Below are positions 51,471-64,000 of a stretch of DNA of 64,000 bases, piece after piece. The notes below the pieces were generated by a model. The model did no database searches and was not told where the DNA came from. It was given only the letters and a program-made list of their open reading frames with translations. Positions within the stretch are counted from its first letter, which is position 1; the number at the start of each line of letters is the position of its first letter. A program made the position numbers and the translations under genes. Origin of the DNA: Octopus sinensis (taxonomy: Eukaryota); assembly GCF_006345805.1 (NCBI RefSeq), contig NC_043004.1, forward strand, positions 89,652,001-89,716,000, given 5' to 3'.

Positions 51471-54264
51471 CCATAGATTCCAAAAGTGGGCGATATCGCC
51501 CACCGGTGGGCAATTTCAACTTAGAGGTAGGCGATGTTTGACTTTCTAGAAAATGGTGGGTGATGTGAACATTCTGTGGGTGACAAAGAATTTTTATAAA
51601 TTTGGCCTGCATTTACTTATATCTCGGTATGCCTAGAATAAGGATGCACTTTTATCGATTTGACTACTCGCATGAGACATCCCTTTGTATTATAAAAGCG
51701 GACTCGCTTACCAATTGAATATTTTTGTCGCACAGTCTTTGAGATGGTTGTCATATTTGCTAAAAATACCAGCCAAATAGAGCTAGGTCTTAAATCATGC
51801 TCCACCAAATTTTTTTTTTGCATAATCGTATAAAGTCCTGCGTGTAGAATACAAATTCGCAAAAATTTTCTGAAAACTTGGACAAATAAAAAAAGTTATG
51901 AGGTGGTATATATCGTGTGTAATTCTACAGTTACATATCAAAACACAAGTGCTATTTTCAGGACGTTGACAAAATGTGCAGTCACGCACAAAATGACAGC
52001 TTTGAAATTGTATTTCTTGACTGGGTGAAAATGATCAAACTTTAAACATCTATAACTTATTAAAAACATTTTTCTGGAAAAAGTTGAATAACTCCAGCAA
52101 TTTAGCTTGGAAAAGTATATTAATGTGCCAAATTAAAAAAAATTTGATAAACTTAAATTTTTGAAATGCTCCCAGCCAAACAAACTAACTCCGTATTTGC
52201 TCAAGTAAAGATATGTTATCTAACTCTGCTCTATCGACTTCTGTTTAGGAATACCATACTGCCTTTCTGACGCAATCTGTAGAAATCCGTTTTCACATTT
52301 TCACTTTACTGATGCCTCCAGTAAAAGAAAATTTGTCGACAATACAGTTATGATTAGTTATCGTTTGAATTGATTCTCTCTTCTCAGAACTGTCAGTTAC
52401 CAATGTGCCTTCTTTGCCATCAAACATTGACCGACGAAGCAATGAAACCTTCACGCTTGACGTATCACTTTGATGCAAAGAGGTTTTGTCAACCGTTATC
52501 CACAAAAACTCGATAACATTATGATGAAGTCCCACTTAGTAATAACACGATTTTTCGCTGAAATGGCCAACGATGTCAAACATTAGTTCATTAATATTCT
52601 CCAGCATTCTGAATTTTCTTTACAAGTGGATGAGACAACTGTTGTGGACAATTAATGTTTAATGATGGTATATGTTCAGTATTTTAGTGAAGACGATCAA
52701 CCTTGTGAGGAAATGTTGTTCACTGAGAAATTGCTGCTTGATTCAAAAGGTGCAACTATATCTCACACTCTCAAGTCTTTCCTTTTTGAACATAATATCC
52801 CACTCAGTAATATTCTTGCCTGTGCATCTGATGGAGCCCCTTCAATGATAGGAAGACACAGAGGTTTTTCATCTCTTCTAAAGCGTGAAATTTCCCACCA
52901 GATACTAACAGTTCATTGCTTGGCACACAACCAGCATTTAATGGCAAACAATATGAATGGTAGATTAAAAGATGCGCTACAGTTAGTTATCAAGACTGTG
53001 GACAAATTGAAGTCCAGTCCCTTGTCTGATCGAATTTTCCGTCAACTCTGTCTGAGAAATGATGAGGATTATGCTAAACTCTTATACCATACCGAAGTGT
53101 GGTGGCTGTCAAAAGGAAACTATGTTTTACGCTTTGTTGAACTGTTTCATATAATCATATCTTTTTATGAAGATACTCCACTATCCGCTTTATTGATGGC
53201 TACAAGGTGCGATATCTTTTTTCTTTGAGATATATTCACAAAATTAAATGATTCGAATAAATTATTGCAAGGAAACAGAAAAACTCTCATTGATTGTAAA
53301 TCATTTCTCATTACCCTCATTTCAAAATCGGTGCTGTATAAGACTAACACTTCAAAACGTCAGTTCCATCAATTTCCACAACTTGACTCTTTGAAAGATG
53401 AATTGGTTGATGAGGATTTAACTACATATCGCAACTATTTACAACCATTGTACGACGATATGATGCAGTGATTTCAAGATGTTATTGCGCTGAATATTCC
53501 AAATTGGTATAGCAATCCGTTTGAGGTCGATGCAGTCGATTGTGAGGACGACGTTCAGGAGGAATTGATAGAATTACAAAATGACAATGACGCCACAATG
53601 CGATATCGCCGTAATGGCAAAGGTTTGAGGTAGCATCAAAGTATATTCCCCCATCTGTGGAAACATCTGTAATTACTTTTGTTTGCCTTCTCTATCTCGT
53701 ACCTGGTTGAATCTGGTTTTGATCATGTAGGAACTTTACTTTCCCATAAAAGAATTGAACTGGATGTGACACAACGAAGACACTTGTGGCTAAAGTTGAC
53801 AAATTTGAAACCGAGTGTATCTGCGCTAGCTGCATTGCACCAGACACATGGTTCTCATTAAAAAGTTTTATTCTTTTCCTTTATAATACAATCATTAATT
53901 ATATTTGCATCGGTAGTTTTGATCAATGGTTCATTTGGGGAAAATAAAAATCAGTGTAAAAGAAAATGCAAGTTTTCCGAAGTTAAAAATATAAAGTTAA
54001 CGTTAGAATTTTATTCATACTAACAGCAAAGCTAAACCAACAATAAGGGATTTGTAAACAACCGCATATTTAGTCCAAACAGTACCAACCAGACAATGAG
54101 TCTATAGTGTGTGTCAAATGATACAAGGGGAGCTCTCCTAGGGGTTGTTTTAGTGTTGGGGGATGGTTGCATCAGGGTTTTTTTACACAGGTGGGCGATG
54201 GAGCAATTTTTGGCCGATAAGTGGGCGATATTGCAATTCGACGCGAAAAGTTTGGGAAACACTG
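51471..54264 (+). mobile_element. hAT (Buster/Charlie-like) transposon with pseudogenised transposase at 52312-53861
   Basis: BED-like PMCLLCHQTL..EAMKPSRL, DETT, ASDGAPSMIG, HCLAH, HTEVWWLSKG and SYLVESGF motifs; GGGCGAT subterminal repeats at both ends; imperfect TSD aatatata/aatataca. Confidence 0.88.
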
Positions 54265-55270
54265 AATATACAAGCAAGTTGTACGAGCGACTCCAACACA
54301 CACACACACACACACACACAACACACACACACACCAATACACACTCGCACACGCACATAGATGCACATACACACAAATGAAAAGCAACGAATGAATGTGT
54401 GTGTGTGTGTGCGCGCTCTCACTGACAAAACTTCGTGCTCCATCACTTTTGTGAAGTTTTGTCAGTGAACAGATCGCGATTTCAAAGCGATGAAAACATT
54501 TTAACACAAATGAAATTTTAATGTTCTTTTCTGATCTAGGCACAAGGGGAGGTGGCCAGTCGACGCCAGTACGCAACTGGTACTTAATTAACCAACCCTG
54601 AAAGGATGAAAGGCAAATTCGACCTCGGCGGGCGAAATTTTAATGTTGAAGTGGAACTGGTACTACTTAAATACAGAGGTTCCATAACGGTATTACTTAT
54701 ATACAGATGTTATGTACAAAACATTTTAAATGTACGCTGTGTGGACATGTAATGGCACCCTAAACCCCCTTCATATCGTTGCGTAGATGCATCGGGATCT
54801 CTGTATTTAAGAAGTGTCGTGAAACTAACGGTTTTTATGTGTTCTTGAATGACTTACAAACATCTACGCTGCAAATATTTTGGTCTCAGCACATGATCAC
54901 AAATCAAGTCACTTGCTATGCAAGTACATCTCCGTAATTTTTAAAAATTATTGTAGATAAATGCCAGTAATGACCTTCTCAGGCTCTCCAATATTTTAAT
55001 TTCTAAACAGAAACAACCAGGAACAGGGAGTGGGGTTGTAAAAAATTCATAATTTCTCAAATTTTTTTTTTCATAATATATATAAATGTATTTATGGGGC
55101 AAAAATATTGAAAAACATCAATACATGTGAGAGTGATAAAGAAACGAAGAGGGCTGTCTTTGGATGTGCTAGAAACAACAGCCAAATCGCCATTAAATCA
55201 CTCACTTTTCCCCCTGAAAATATTAACAATTTTTCTTTTTTTTTTTTTACCGAAAATGCTCTTGATATGG

Positions 55271-55569
55271 TTTTGAAGTGCAAAAAAAAAAATAATAATA
55301 ATTGGCTACTATAGCTCCAGAGTGGGATGATGAAGGAGAGGGTGTAAAAAAAAGAGTTTTCAAATCTTTTTTTCATACTAAGATGCTCCCCGCTACTCCA
55401 TCATTTCGAAGGGTGAGGCTTTAAAAAAAATGGGGAAAATCCCCGAAAAAATTTTCCCCTCAAATTTCTTTATAATCATAATTTTTACACCCTCTTCCTC
55501 ATCATCCCACTCTGGACCTATAGTAGCCAATTATTTTTAAATATTTTTTTTTTTTTTGCACTTTTGAAA
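55271..55569. mobile_element. MITE/fold-back with ~85-bp inverted arms
   Basis: ataattggctactatag.tccagagtgggatgatga..agagggtgtaaaaa mirrored at 55481-55569. Confidence 0.8.
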
Positions 55570-57519
55570 GGGATTTGTATAAATTTTCACTAAAAGATAT
55601 CCATCTTCCTGAAAGTTATGAGGGAAAAAAGTCAGATCGTGTGAATTTTCTGAAACTCCTCTTTCCCATAATTCTTTCCCATAAATCTCTATATACTCTG
55701 AAGTCACAACATCTAAGCGGTATTTGTAGAAAATTTTGTTAAAAAGTATCCATTTTTCTGGATGTTATGAGGCAACAAAGACGGAAGCGTATACACCTGT
55801 AGTAATGCCCTTTTATTTATACGATTTTTTTCATTTCATGTTTATTTCATTCCTTATTTACAATATTCTCTCTCACACACACGCACATTGCAAAGCTTAC
55901 AGATGGGCTGCTGAACTGAAATTCCTTATGTTGCTTTGAGGGGAAGGTAAAACTTAACAAACTGCTTCTCCCTCTGTTGTTGGATTACCGTGATGTTTGT
56001 TTAAAAAAGATTATGATTGTGATGATATAATGAAAGCAATATTTACTAAGCAAGTGAGCTCTATTATACAAAGTAATAATTAGACGTAAAATATAAAAAT
56101 TATTAGAATTGGGAATCAAATGTGAAAATATCATCGAGGGGCTAGCAGAAAACCGTCTGGAGGGTGGTCTTCCTGCCAGTATGAATAATAATCCCTATTC
56201 CTCAAGATGAAAATGAGATGGTAATTGCATATTTTACATTTGCAAAAGATTAAATAGTAACTCTATACTAGCACCAGACAGCGACACTGATTCAAACGAA
56301 AGTTTAAAAAAATATTGAAAATATAACTTATCATCTGCATAGTTAACAGCGAGAATCAAACGACCACTCACGTATTCAGTCCAGCAGATTCGATCTAGTG
56401 TGTTTTGTCAGAGGAGAACAACTCTTTTCGCCATTGGAGAACAATTCCTTTCAGACGAAACACGACAGCGATTAGCATGTTCACGTTCGAATCTGCCGGA
56501 AAGTATTAAGAATAAGACATCATTGAAAACATATGAGTTGTGAATGTTTTATAAATGAGTTTTGAATTGTCTGCCTGACAGTTAAAAATTTCTAATTTGA
56601 AATTTGATAGATTTTTAATAGAAAGTGATATTTTCTCATATTAACGCGAGTTCTGTTTATGATCAATTACGATAATAATAACTGCGGCACATAATTTAAT
56701 CCTGCACAAACAAATTTCTCTATTTTTTAACTTTGCATTACACAATCCACGGTATAACCTGCTGTTTTCAACCATGTACACTACAAATTCTACACCATAA
56801 AATCTATACTGTACTGAACAAAAAATCTACAGCTCTCCCTTTCTAGAGGATAACTGTTGGAGTATAATCTGAAGTACAACAAGTATAGTGAGCAATTTGC
56901 AGTGTGCATCCTTTGAAAGTATCAACTACTTGTAGTGAACAATTTACTGAACACTATCAGCAGAAGGCCACTTGCTAAATATCAGCAGAAGGCCACTTGC
57001 TAAACACCGATTATGCAGGCAGCATTATTGTTTTATAAGTTGCACACAACTCAGCTGAATACACGTCATTGATTGGTTGAAATTACCGAAATAGGACAAC
57101 TTTAACGTGAAATAACTTCGTAAATATGAGTTTTTCTCAAAAATGCTAAGAGTAAAAGATGTTTTATATGACACATTCTACCAGTGTCCGAAGTTTGAAA
57201 GTGTTTAGTTACAAAAAATTATTTTTTAAATCTGTCGGTCAAAAGGTAAAGATCCTAATTTTCCCCCTAAAAGGTATTTTTTAAAATGCTGGCAACTGAT
57301 AAAATTTTTAAAAAAATTATCCTATATTAGATGTAAATTTAATACCATTCACTTCCGGACTGTCTCTTACTCTATGAGAAGTTTTCAGTCTGATCGCACA
57401 TATCTCGAGGTGTGCAGCAAAATCTCTATTTGGATATATTTGGGGTACTTAAGTGTACACATGGCTTTGCGTATGCTTGTTCCATGTGTACAAGTATTTA
57501 ATTTATTTTCTTAACGTAT

Positions 57520-57580
57520 TTACCGCTGATGACGAGAAAATTCTTTATGAATTAACTCAGAAATCGGACCGATTCGGTAA
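57520..57580 (+). ncRNA. Type I hammerhead ribozyme candidate of a second family
   Basis: TTACCG-CTGATGA-C-GAG(AA)AATTC(TTTAT)GAATT(AA)CTC-A-GAAA-TCGGACCGAT-T-CGGTAA; helix I 6 bp, palindromic helix III; C10.1/A11.1 mismatch. Confidence 0.7.
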
Positions 57581-57724
57581 TAATGGAATTTGTTGAGATT
57601 TCTGTCAGCTTGCTTCGGGATGCGTGCTTTTAGTGATGAATTATATGTGGTTATTGACGATTTAAAGTCTATTTCTCGGCATATTTAGCATAGGAATTTT
57701 TTTCTTTTGCTCTTATTTATAAGT

Positions 57725-57766
<42 letters not shown>

Positions 57767-58095
57767 TATATAAGATCATCTGGGAAATAACTTTATAGCG
57801 TGCTATACAAAGCTCCTCCACGTCGTACCGGCTACCATATCCAGCATGAATTCTCTTTTTATTGGATATACATGTCGAAACTCGCTAATATCTGAAAAAT
57901 CCATACAAAATGATTGTAATACAAGAAGACGGCATGAACAAACTTTAATACAAATCACCACAATTGTTTCTGTACATTAGCTGGTAATTCCTGAGTGTTT
58001 TATTTATTACACACATTATTGCGTTAATATGATCCAACAATTGCTCTCTACCTACACGACTTCAAGAGTATAGTTTGTAATTTTATATTCTAGCG

Positions 58096-58296
58096 CAGTG
58101 GTTTTCAACCAGGGTTCCGCCAGTACAGTCCAGGGGTTCCGCAAGAAGTTACAAAACTGCTAAAATCGACAGCAATTTATAATACTCCTGTGCAGATATG
58201 TGTACATAAGACTATTAAATTATTGCACAGGGGTTCCTCGAGCCAGTGGAATGTTTCCTTGGGGTTCCGCTCCAGCAAAACGTTTGAAAAGCATTG
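58096..58296. mobile_element. hAT-type MITE with a perfect 8-bp TSD
   Basis: TIRs CAGTGGTTTTCAAC / TTTGAAAAGCATTG; TSD TTCTAGCG at 58088-58095 and 58297-58304. Confidence 0.92.
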
Positions 58297-58829
58297 TTCT
58301 AGCGTAACCGAAAAACTGTTTACTCTTCAGCTACCTGGACTACGGGAATCGTAAGTGGAAAATTCTCAGTAAAGGAGACAGTACTGTGTAAAGGGATAAT
58401 AAGCCAACTTTTGACTGATCACTTATATGGCAGTTCTACCCGAAATCTGGAAGCAAGTTTATATTCTAGCAATTACACTTTCAGAACATTCTCAACAACA
58501 TGTGTGTGTTGAAGTCATAAGAAGAGCTCATAGCCTTTCCACAACAAGGACCGCTGTGCATGATTCCTAAAGACCACATCGTTCACGAGGTAGACCTGCT
58601 TCTAACGGATCTAGGGGAGTAAACTCCGACTACAAATCCTGCTTTTTTTATAGGCAGAAGCAGCTCTGGAGGCATATGTTAACAAATAGGCATCTTTGCA
58701 CAGAATATAGTGGGTCTCGGAGAGGAACCTTATCGTCCATAGGAGAGCACATCCGCTTAAGTATGCTGAATATCATGGTGACAGGGAAAAACCGAGAAAA
58801 AAAGAAAAGAAAAAAAGAAAAGAAACTGA

Positions 58830-58991
58830 GAGTGGCTGTGTGGTAAGTAGCTTGCTTGCCAACCACATGATTCCAGGTTCAGTCCCACTGCGTGGCATCT
58901 TGGGCAAATGTCTTCTGCTATAGCCTCGGGCCACCAATGCCTTGTGCGTGGATTGGTAGACGGAAACTGAAAGAAGCCTGTCGTATATATG

Positions 58992-59040
<49 letters not shown>

Positions 59041-59566
59041 GTATGTGTATGTATGTTTGTGTGTCTGTGTTTGTCCCACTAGCATTGCTTGACAACCGAT
59101 GCTGGTGTGTTTACGTCCCCGTCACTTAGCGGTTCGGCAAAAGCGACCGATAGAATAAGTACTGGGCTTACAAAGAATAAGTCCCGGGGTCGATTTGCTC
59201 GACTAAAGGCGGTGCTCCAGCATGGCCGCAGTCAAATGACTAAAACAAGTAAAAGAGTAAAAGAGAGAGAGAGTATTCTAAATAGCCGTCGTCTCATGTA
59301 TTTGTACCACTGGTAAGCTAAGCAGTGTTTGTCCCCCTAGCATTGCTTGACAACCGATGCTGGTGTGTTTATGTCCCCGTTACTTAGCGGTTCGGCAAAA
59401 ATGACCGACAGAATAAGTACTGGGCTTACAAAAGAATAAGTCCCGGGGTCGAGTTGCTCGAGTAAAGGCGGTGCTCCAGCATGGCCGGGGTCGAGTTGCT
59501 CGATTAAAGGCGGTGCTCCAGCATGGCCGCGGTCAAATGACTGAAACAAGTAAAAGAATAAAATAG
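58830..59566 (+). mobile_element. SINE family A (58830-59275) followed by a second tail-only copy with a ~40-bp internal duplication
   Basis: Homology to 284-680; gggtcgagttgctcga.taaaggcggtgctccagcatggcc occurs twice at ~59445-59527. Confidence 0.85.
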
Positions 59567-60224
59567 TGCTGTGCACTCAAAATATATTCACGCACAAGTT
59601 ATCTTGAAAATGAATGATTACCAACAGAAAAAATGATTTGTTCTTAATGAAAGTCCAGGGGCGGTGAGCGAGTGGTGACACGCACAGGTTTAACAGACTG
59701 GAGGTATTATAAGCTGTAAACCTACACATTGGCGGTCTACTGTGTATCATAATGTTGTTTTGACAGTCAAAGGAGATAGTGACAGCAGCTTGGCAGCACA
59801 CTTGACACTGTAGCATCCTATTAAGGACAGCGCGGCTTACTCACAATGCGTTCTAAATACATACACGTGAGCGTACGCCCCCCCTCACTCTCTCTCTCTA
59901 TTTCTATCTCTCTCACACATACATACATACATACATACATACATACATACATACATACATACATACATACATACATACATGCATACATACATTCACATAG
60001 CCATGAATATCGTTTTTCTCTTCTTATGCTTTGGTCATCGGATGTGGCTATGAGAAGACACTACCTTGAATGGTTTTTAGTCTATAAAATCTCCCGCAGT
60101 ACTTAATGTTAAAGTGTGGCACTAATACAATCGGTTTCTTTTTGCTGAACAGCAAAGTTACAGGGACGTTTGTCACGAGGTGACAATCTCGCACATACAC
60201 ATATGAGTGTATGCACGCGCGTGT

Positions 60225-60418
60225 ATCATCATCATCATCATCATCACCACTACCATCATCATCATCATCATCATCATCATCACCACCACCATCACCATCA
60301 TCATCATCATCATCATCATCATCACCACCACAACTACCACCACCACCACCATCACCATCATCATCATCATCATCATCACATCATCATCATCATCACCACC
60401 ACAACTACCACCACCACC

Positions 60419-60468
<50 letters not shown>

Positions 60469-60482
60469 CATCATCATCATTT
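60225..60482. repeat. (CAT)/(CAC)n microsatellite
   Basis: Direct observation. Confidence 0.95.
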
Positions 60483-60817
60483 TCAATGTTAACACGTGTT
60501 AGATGGTCCAACAGAGGCTGGCGAACCAAAAAGCTGCGTCAAGCTCCAATGTTTGCGTTAGCATGGGTTATTTACAGTTATTACGTCCTTCCAAATGCGA
60601 ACCACACTACAGAGTGTACTGGGTGCTTTTCACGTGATTACCGACACTAATGAGGCGACCAAGTTATTCGCACCTAAATGGAAGTGGGGAGTAGTATTGA
60701 GAGAGCTGGTTTTATGCCAGGTGATGGGATGGGAACGAGCGTTAGGTGTCTGGTTGTAGGGGAGAAACCTAGTCACCTCAGATAGAAGAGAAGGAGGATG
60801 GTATTGAAGATGGTACC

Positions 60818-61418
60818 AAGGCGGCGAGCTGGCAGAAACGTTAGCACACGGGCGAAATGCTTAGCGGTATTTCGTCTGCCGTTACGTTCTGAGTTCAAAT
60901 TCCGCCGAGGTCGACTTTGCCTTTCATCCTTTCGGGGTCGATAAATTAAGCACCAGTTACGCACTGGGGTCGATGTAATCGACTTAATACATATGTCTGT
61001 CCTTGTTTGTCCCCTCTGTGTTTAGCCCCTTGTGGGTAATAAAGAAATAGGTATTTCGTCTGCCGTTACGTTCTGAGTTCAAATTCCACCGAGGTCGACT
61101 TTGCCTTTCATCCTTTCGGGGTCGATAAATTAAGTACCAGTTACGCACTGGGGTCGATGTAATCGACTTAATACATATGTCTGTCCTTGTTTGTCCCCTC
61201 TGTGTTTAGCCCCTTGTGGGTAATAAAGAAATAGGTATTTCGTCTGCCGTTACGTTCTGAGTTCAAATTCTGCTGAGGTTGACTTTGCCTTTCATCCTTT
61301 CGGAGTCGATAAATAAACTACCAGTTACGCACTGGGGTCGATACAATCGACTTAATCCGTTTGCCTGTCCTTGTTTGTCCTCTCTGTGTTTAGCTCCTTG
61401 TGGGTGGTAAAGAAATAG
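60818..61418 (+). mobile_element. SINE family C with its 184-bp body triplicated in tandem
   Basis: Units start at 60866, 61050 and 61234; flanking direct repeat tattgaagatg at 60802-60812 and 61420-61430. Confidence 0.88.
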
Positions 61419-61779
61419 TTATTGAAGATGTGTCAAGGCTTACTTTTAAGTTGCAAGAAGGCGAATAGAGAGAAGTGGTATGGGTGAGTAAGTTCTTGAG
61501 AGTGTGAGAAGCAAGTGGCAGATGGATAGAAAGAGATGCAGTGAGCGGTGAACACGGCTAGAGTTGTAAATATCTGTTAGATGGGAAGGAAGTGGGTGCA
61601 GATCAAGGAGGTAACAGGTTGCAGCAAGATGATGTCCAATGCACGGGGAGTGGGGCAGAGTGCAAAATGCTTTGGGCGAATTTTCTTGAGCTTAGCAAAA
61701 TGTCATCTCGGTCGTTTGTCATCTGTGTCGGGCTCAACTCCCGAGTATGATCGTCCACTGTGTGTTGTAACACAGCGCC

Positions 61780-61970
61780 AATCGCAGTATCCGATGCGCC
61801 TACAGTTAAAGAGAGAAAAGCACCAGGAACTGGATGTGCAAACAAAGAAACAGAAGCTAGATCCTTCTTGATGGACTCAAAAGCTGCCAGTGCCTCAACA
61901 GAGAGGGTGACTTGACCGTCCTTTCTAGGAGTGTCCTTTAATAGCTTTTCACAACTTCTGCCCACATCTT
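61780..61970 (-). mobile_element. Gypsy RT-connection/RNase H fragment
   Basis: 'AFESIKKDLASVSLFAHPVPGAFLSLTVGASDTAIGAVLQH' matches AF...K..L.....L.HP......L.TDAS..AIGAVL.Q. Confidence 0.8.
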
Positions 61971-61974
61971 CTTA

Positions 61975-63530
61975 GGTCTTCCCCATTCCACAGGTTCCAT
62001 TCATATTTAAAGATCAGTACTTCTTTATGCAACTGTTCTCATTCATTACGAATCACATGACAATACCAGCGCAGTCATCTTTCGTGCTCCTTATGCCTAC
62101 TTTTTTTTCTCGCAGCACATTTACACTTTGTCGTACATGCACACTGATATTGTACATCTAGTGGAGCATGCTAGCTTCATTTCTTTCAAGCCTTTGCATA
62201 TTTTCTGCAGTCATATCCTACGTTTCATTTAGCCTTTTATTACTAACAGAAGTAATCACTCTCTGAACTTTCTATAGCCAGTTCTTATTCTAGCAACACC
62301 CACTTCCACTGTTAATTCCATCACCTAGGTAAAAGAAATTATTAACTACTGCTATGGATCCCTCTGGGCATTTGAGGAAATCTATTTTCTGTGTGATTTT
62401 AGTGTTTATTGTTCCTGCACATCTGCCACACACACAGGCTACTTTCTCTGTTAACCTTCCTGTGATTCTATTGCACTTCATGTGTTCATAGCTTGCACTG
62501 GATACACTATATGGTATTCCTACCTACGCATTTTCTACATGTCGAGTAGGGCCATTTCCTTGAAGGGAATAGTAATTTGCTTCCTTGTTTACTAAGCTAA
62601 CTTTAAAGCCCTTTGATTACTGGTTTTGCTTTCGAACCTAGATTTTTATCTAATGATAGATTCAGCTGTAAGAACAAGGTCATCAATATAGAAGGGTATC
62701 CTCGAGAACCAGTGTTTAATCTTCTGTTATGGCCTGGAGGACTATGATAAATAAGAGAGGGCTGAGAACCGATCTCTGGTATACTCTTACCTGCACATTA
62801 AATTCATTGTTATACTCTTCGCTAACTTCCATCTTATTGACAGCATTCCTGTGCATGGCTTAAACAGTTCTCGTCAACCATTCATCTAGCCATAGCTTCC
62901 ACAGCGACAGTCAATTGAGAGGATTTCTCCATGTCGACAAATGCTAAACACGGCGGTTTATTTTTTGCTAAATACTTCTCCTGCAGTTGACTTACTAGGA
63001 ATATAGCACCAGTAGTGCTTCTCTCTGTCACAAACCAAACTATATGTCATCTACGTTAAATCTCTTGATGAGTTGGGCTTTAACCCTTAGTGTAACTTTC
63101 AGTACCTAGTCTAACAGTTTGACACCTCTGTAATTACTTCTGTCTAAGGCTTCTTTTCTACCTTTGTAGTGGTTGCTACACCTGTAGTTGGGTATGATAC
63201 ATTCCTGTGCAACCGGAGTAACAATATGGGTGACAAAACCTTTTCCCACTTTCGATAAATATTTTGACCATCTCAGCAGTAAATTCCGAAGGACCAGGAG
63301 CTTTCCCTGTCTTCATATTCTTAATTGATTTATCGATCACACTGCCGTTTGTTGGGCTCACATTAAGGAGACTCTCTTTCTTTACGTTTAGTAGCCTTTC
63401 ATAGTGGCACTCCCATACCTCTGTCTTTTCAGAATCAATAAATGCAAAAGTGCCATCACTCATCCTCACACACTTCTCTCTGGCAGTATGACGATTTTCT
63501 CTGACACACTGTCCTGCAATTCGGAACACT
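61975..63530 (-). mobile_element. Decayed RTE-clade LINE RT
   Basis: 'KNMKTGKAPGPSEFTAEMVK' and 'VVNNFFYLGDGINSGSGC' motifs. Confidence 0.75.
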
Positions 63531-64000
63531 ATTCATACATACATATATAAATGTGTGTGTGTGTGTGTATACACGCTCATACATACATGTACATGCATAC
63601 ATATATATGTATAAAACTGTGAGAGAGCCCTTCGCATATGCGAAAGGCTTTCTCACAGTTTCCATTCATCCAGTTGACCCACTGGTCAGCCCAGCATATC
63701 GTGCTCTACATTTGCTCTGGGCGACTGCAGCGGTACTGAACCTTAACCCTTGTGATTTCGAAGCGTACACATTATCCATACAGCCATATTTGTGTCTAAT
63801 AGGTATAGCACCCATGTTTATAAATTTATAAATACTTTGAATTACAGCGAGAATATATTTTTTTATATAAAGCGATTTAAGGAGAGTGCTTAAGAAAAAA
63901 ATATCAAATTATAATTCTACATAATATATTGAAACAGCCGAAACAAAACAAGTCAAGCTACATATGAAATAAAACATCTACAATGTTATCTAGTCTTCGG

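Noticed and set aside
60866-61418. CRISPR-like regularly spaced repeats
   Set aside because: These are whole 184-bp SINE bodies without unique spacers, in eukaryotic DNA with no cas genes.

Overview
AT-rich, repeat-dense eukaryotic DNA whose SINE families and microsatellite load point to an octopus genome (inference). The only host gene I can confidently identify is the 3' end of mitochondrial pyruvate carrier 1 (MPC1-like): two + strand exons at 6178-6310 and 7112-7163, with the upstream exons apparently before the window. The rest is mostly decayed mobile DNA: three tRNA-derived SINE families, R4/Dong-, Tx1/L1- and RTE-like LINE fragments, several Penelope-like (PLE) fragments, mariner and hAT transposons, MITEs/fold-backs, a Helitron-like element and an LTR remnant. 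The main finding is a non-coding ~594-bp unit present as tandem plus inverted arrays at two loci (31236-33525 and 41211-42358), both inserted in (TA)n. Each full unit carries a type I hammerhead ribozyme: CUGAAGA/GAAA/GUC core, self-complementary helix III (ACGUACGU) and an unusually long ~70-nt helix II. This is the architecture of a non-LTR retrozyme and predicts a self-cleaved ~593-nt monomer and possibly a circRNA. Several unrelated hammerhead-like motifs occur elsewhere (57520, 38672, 26995, 29927). Ribozyme activity and expression are untested, and boundaries of old repeats are approximate.
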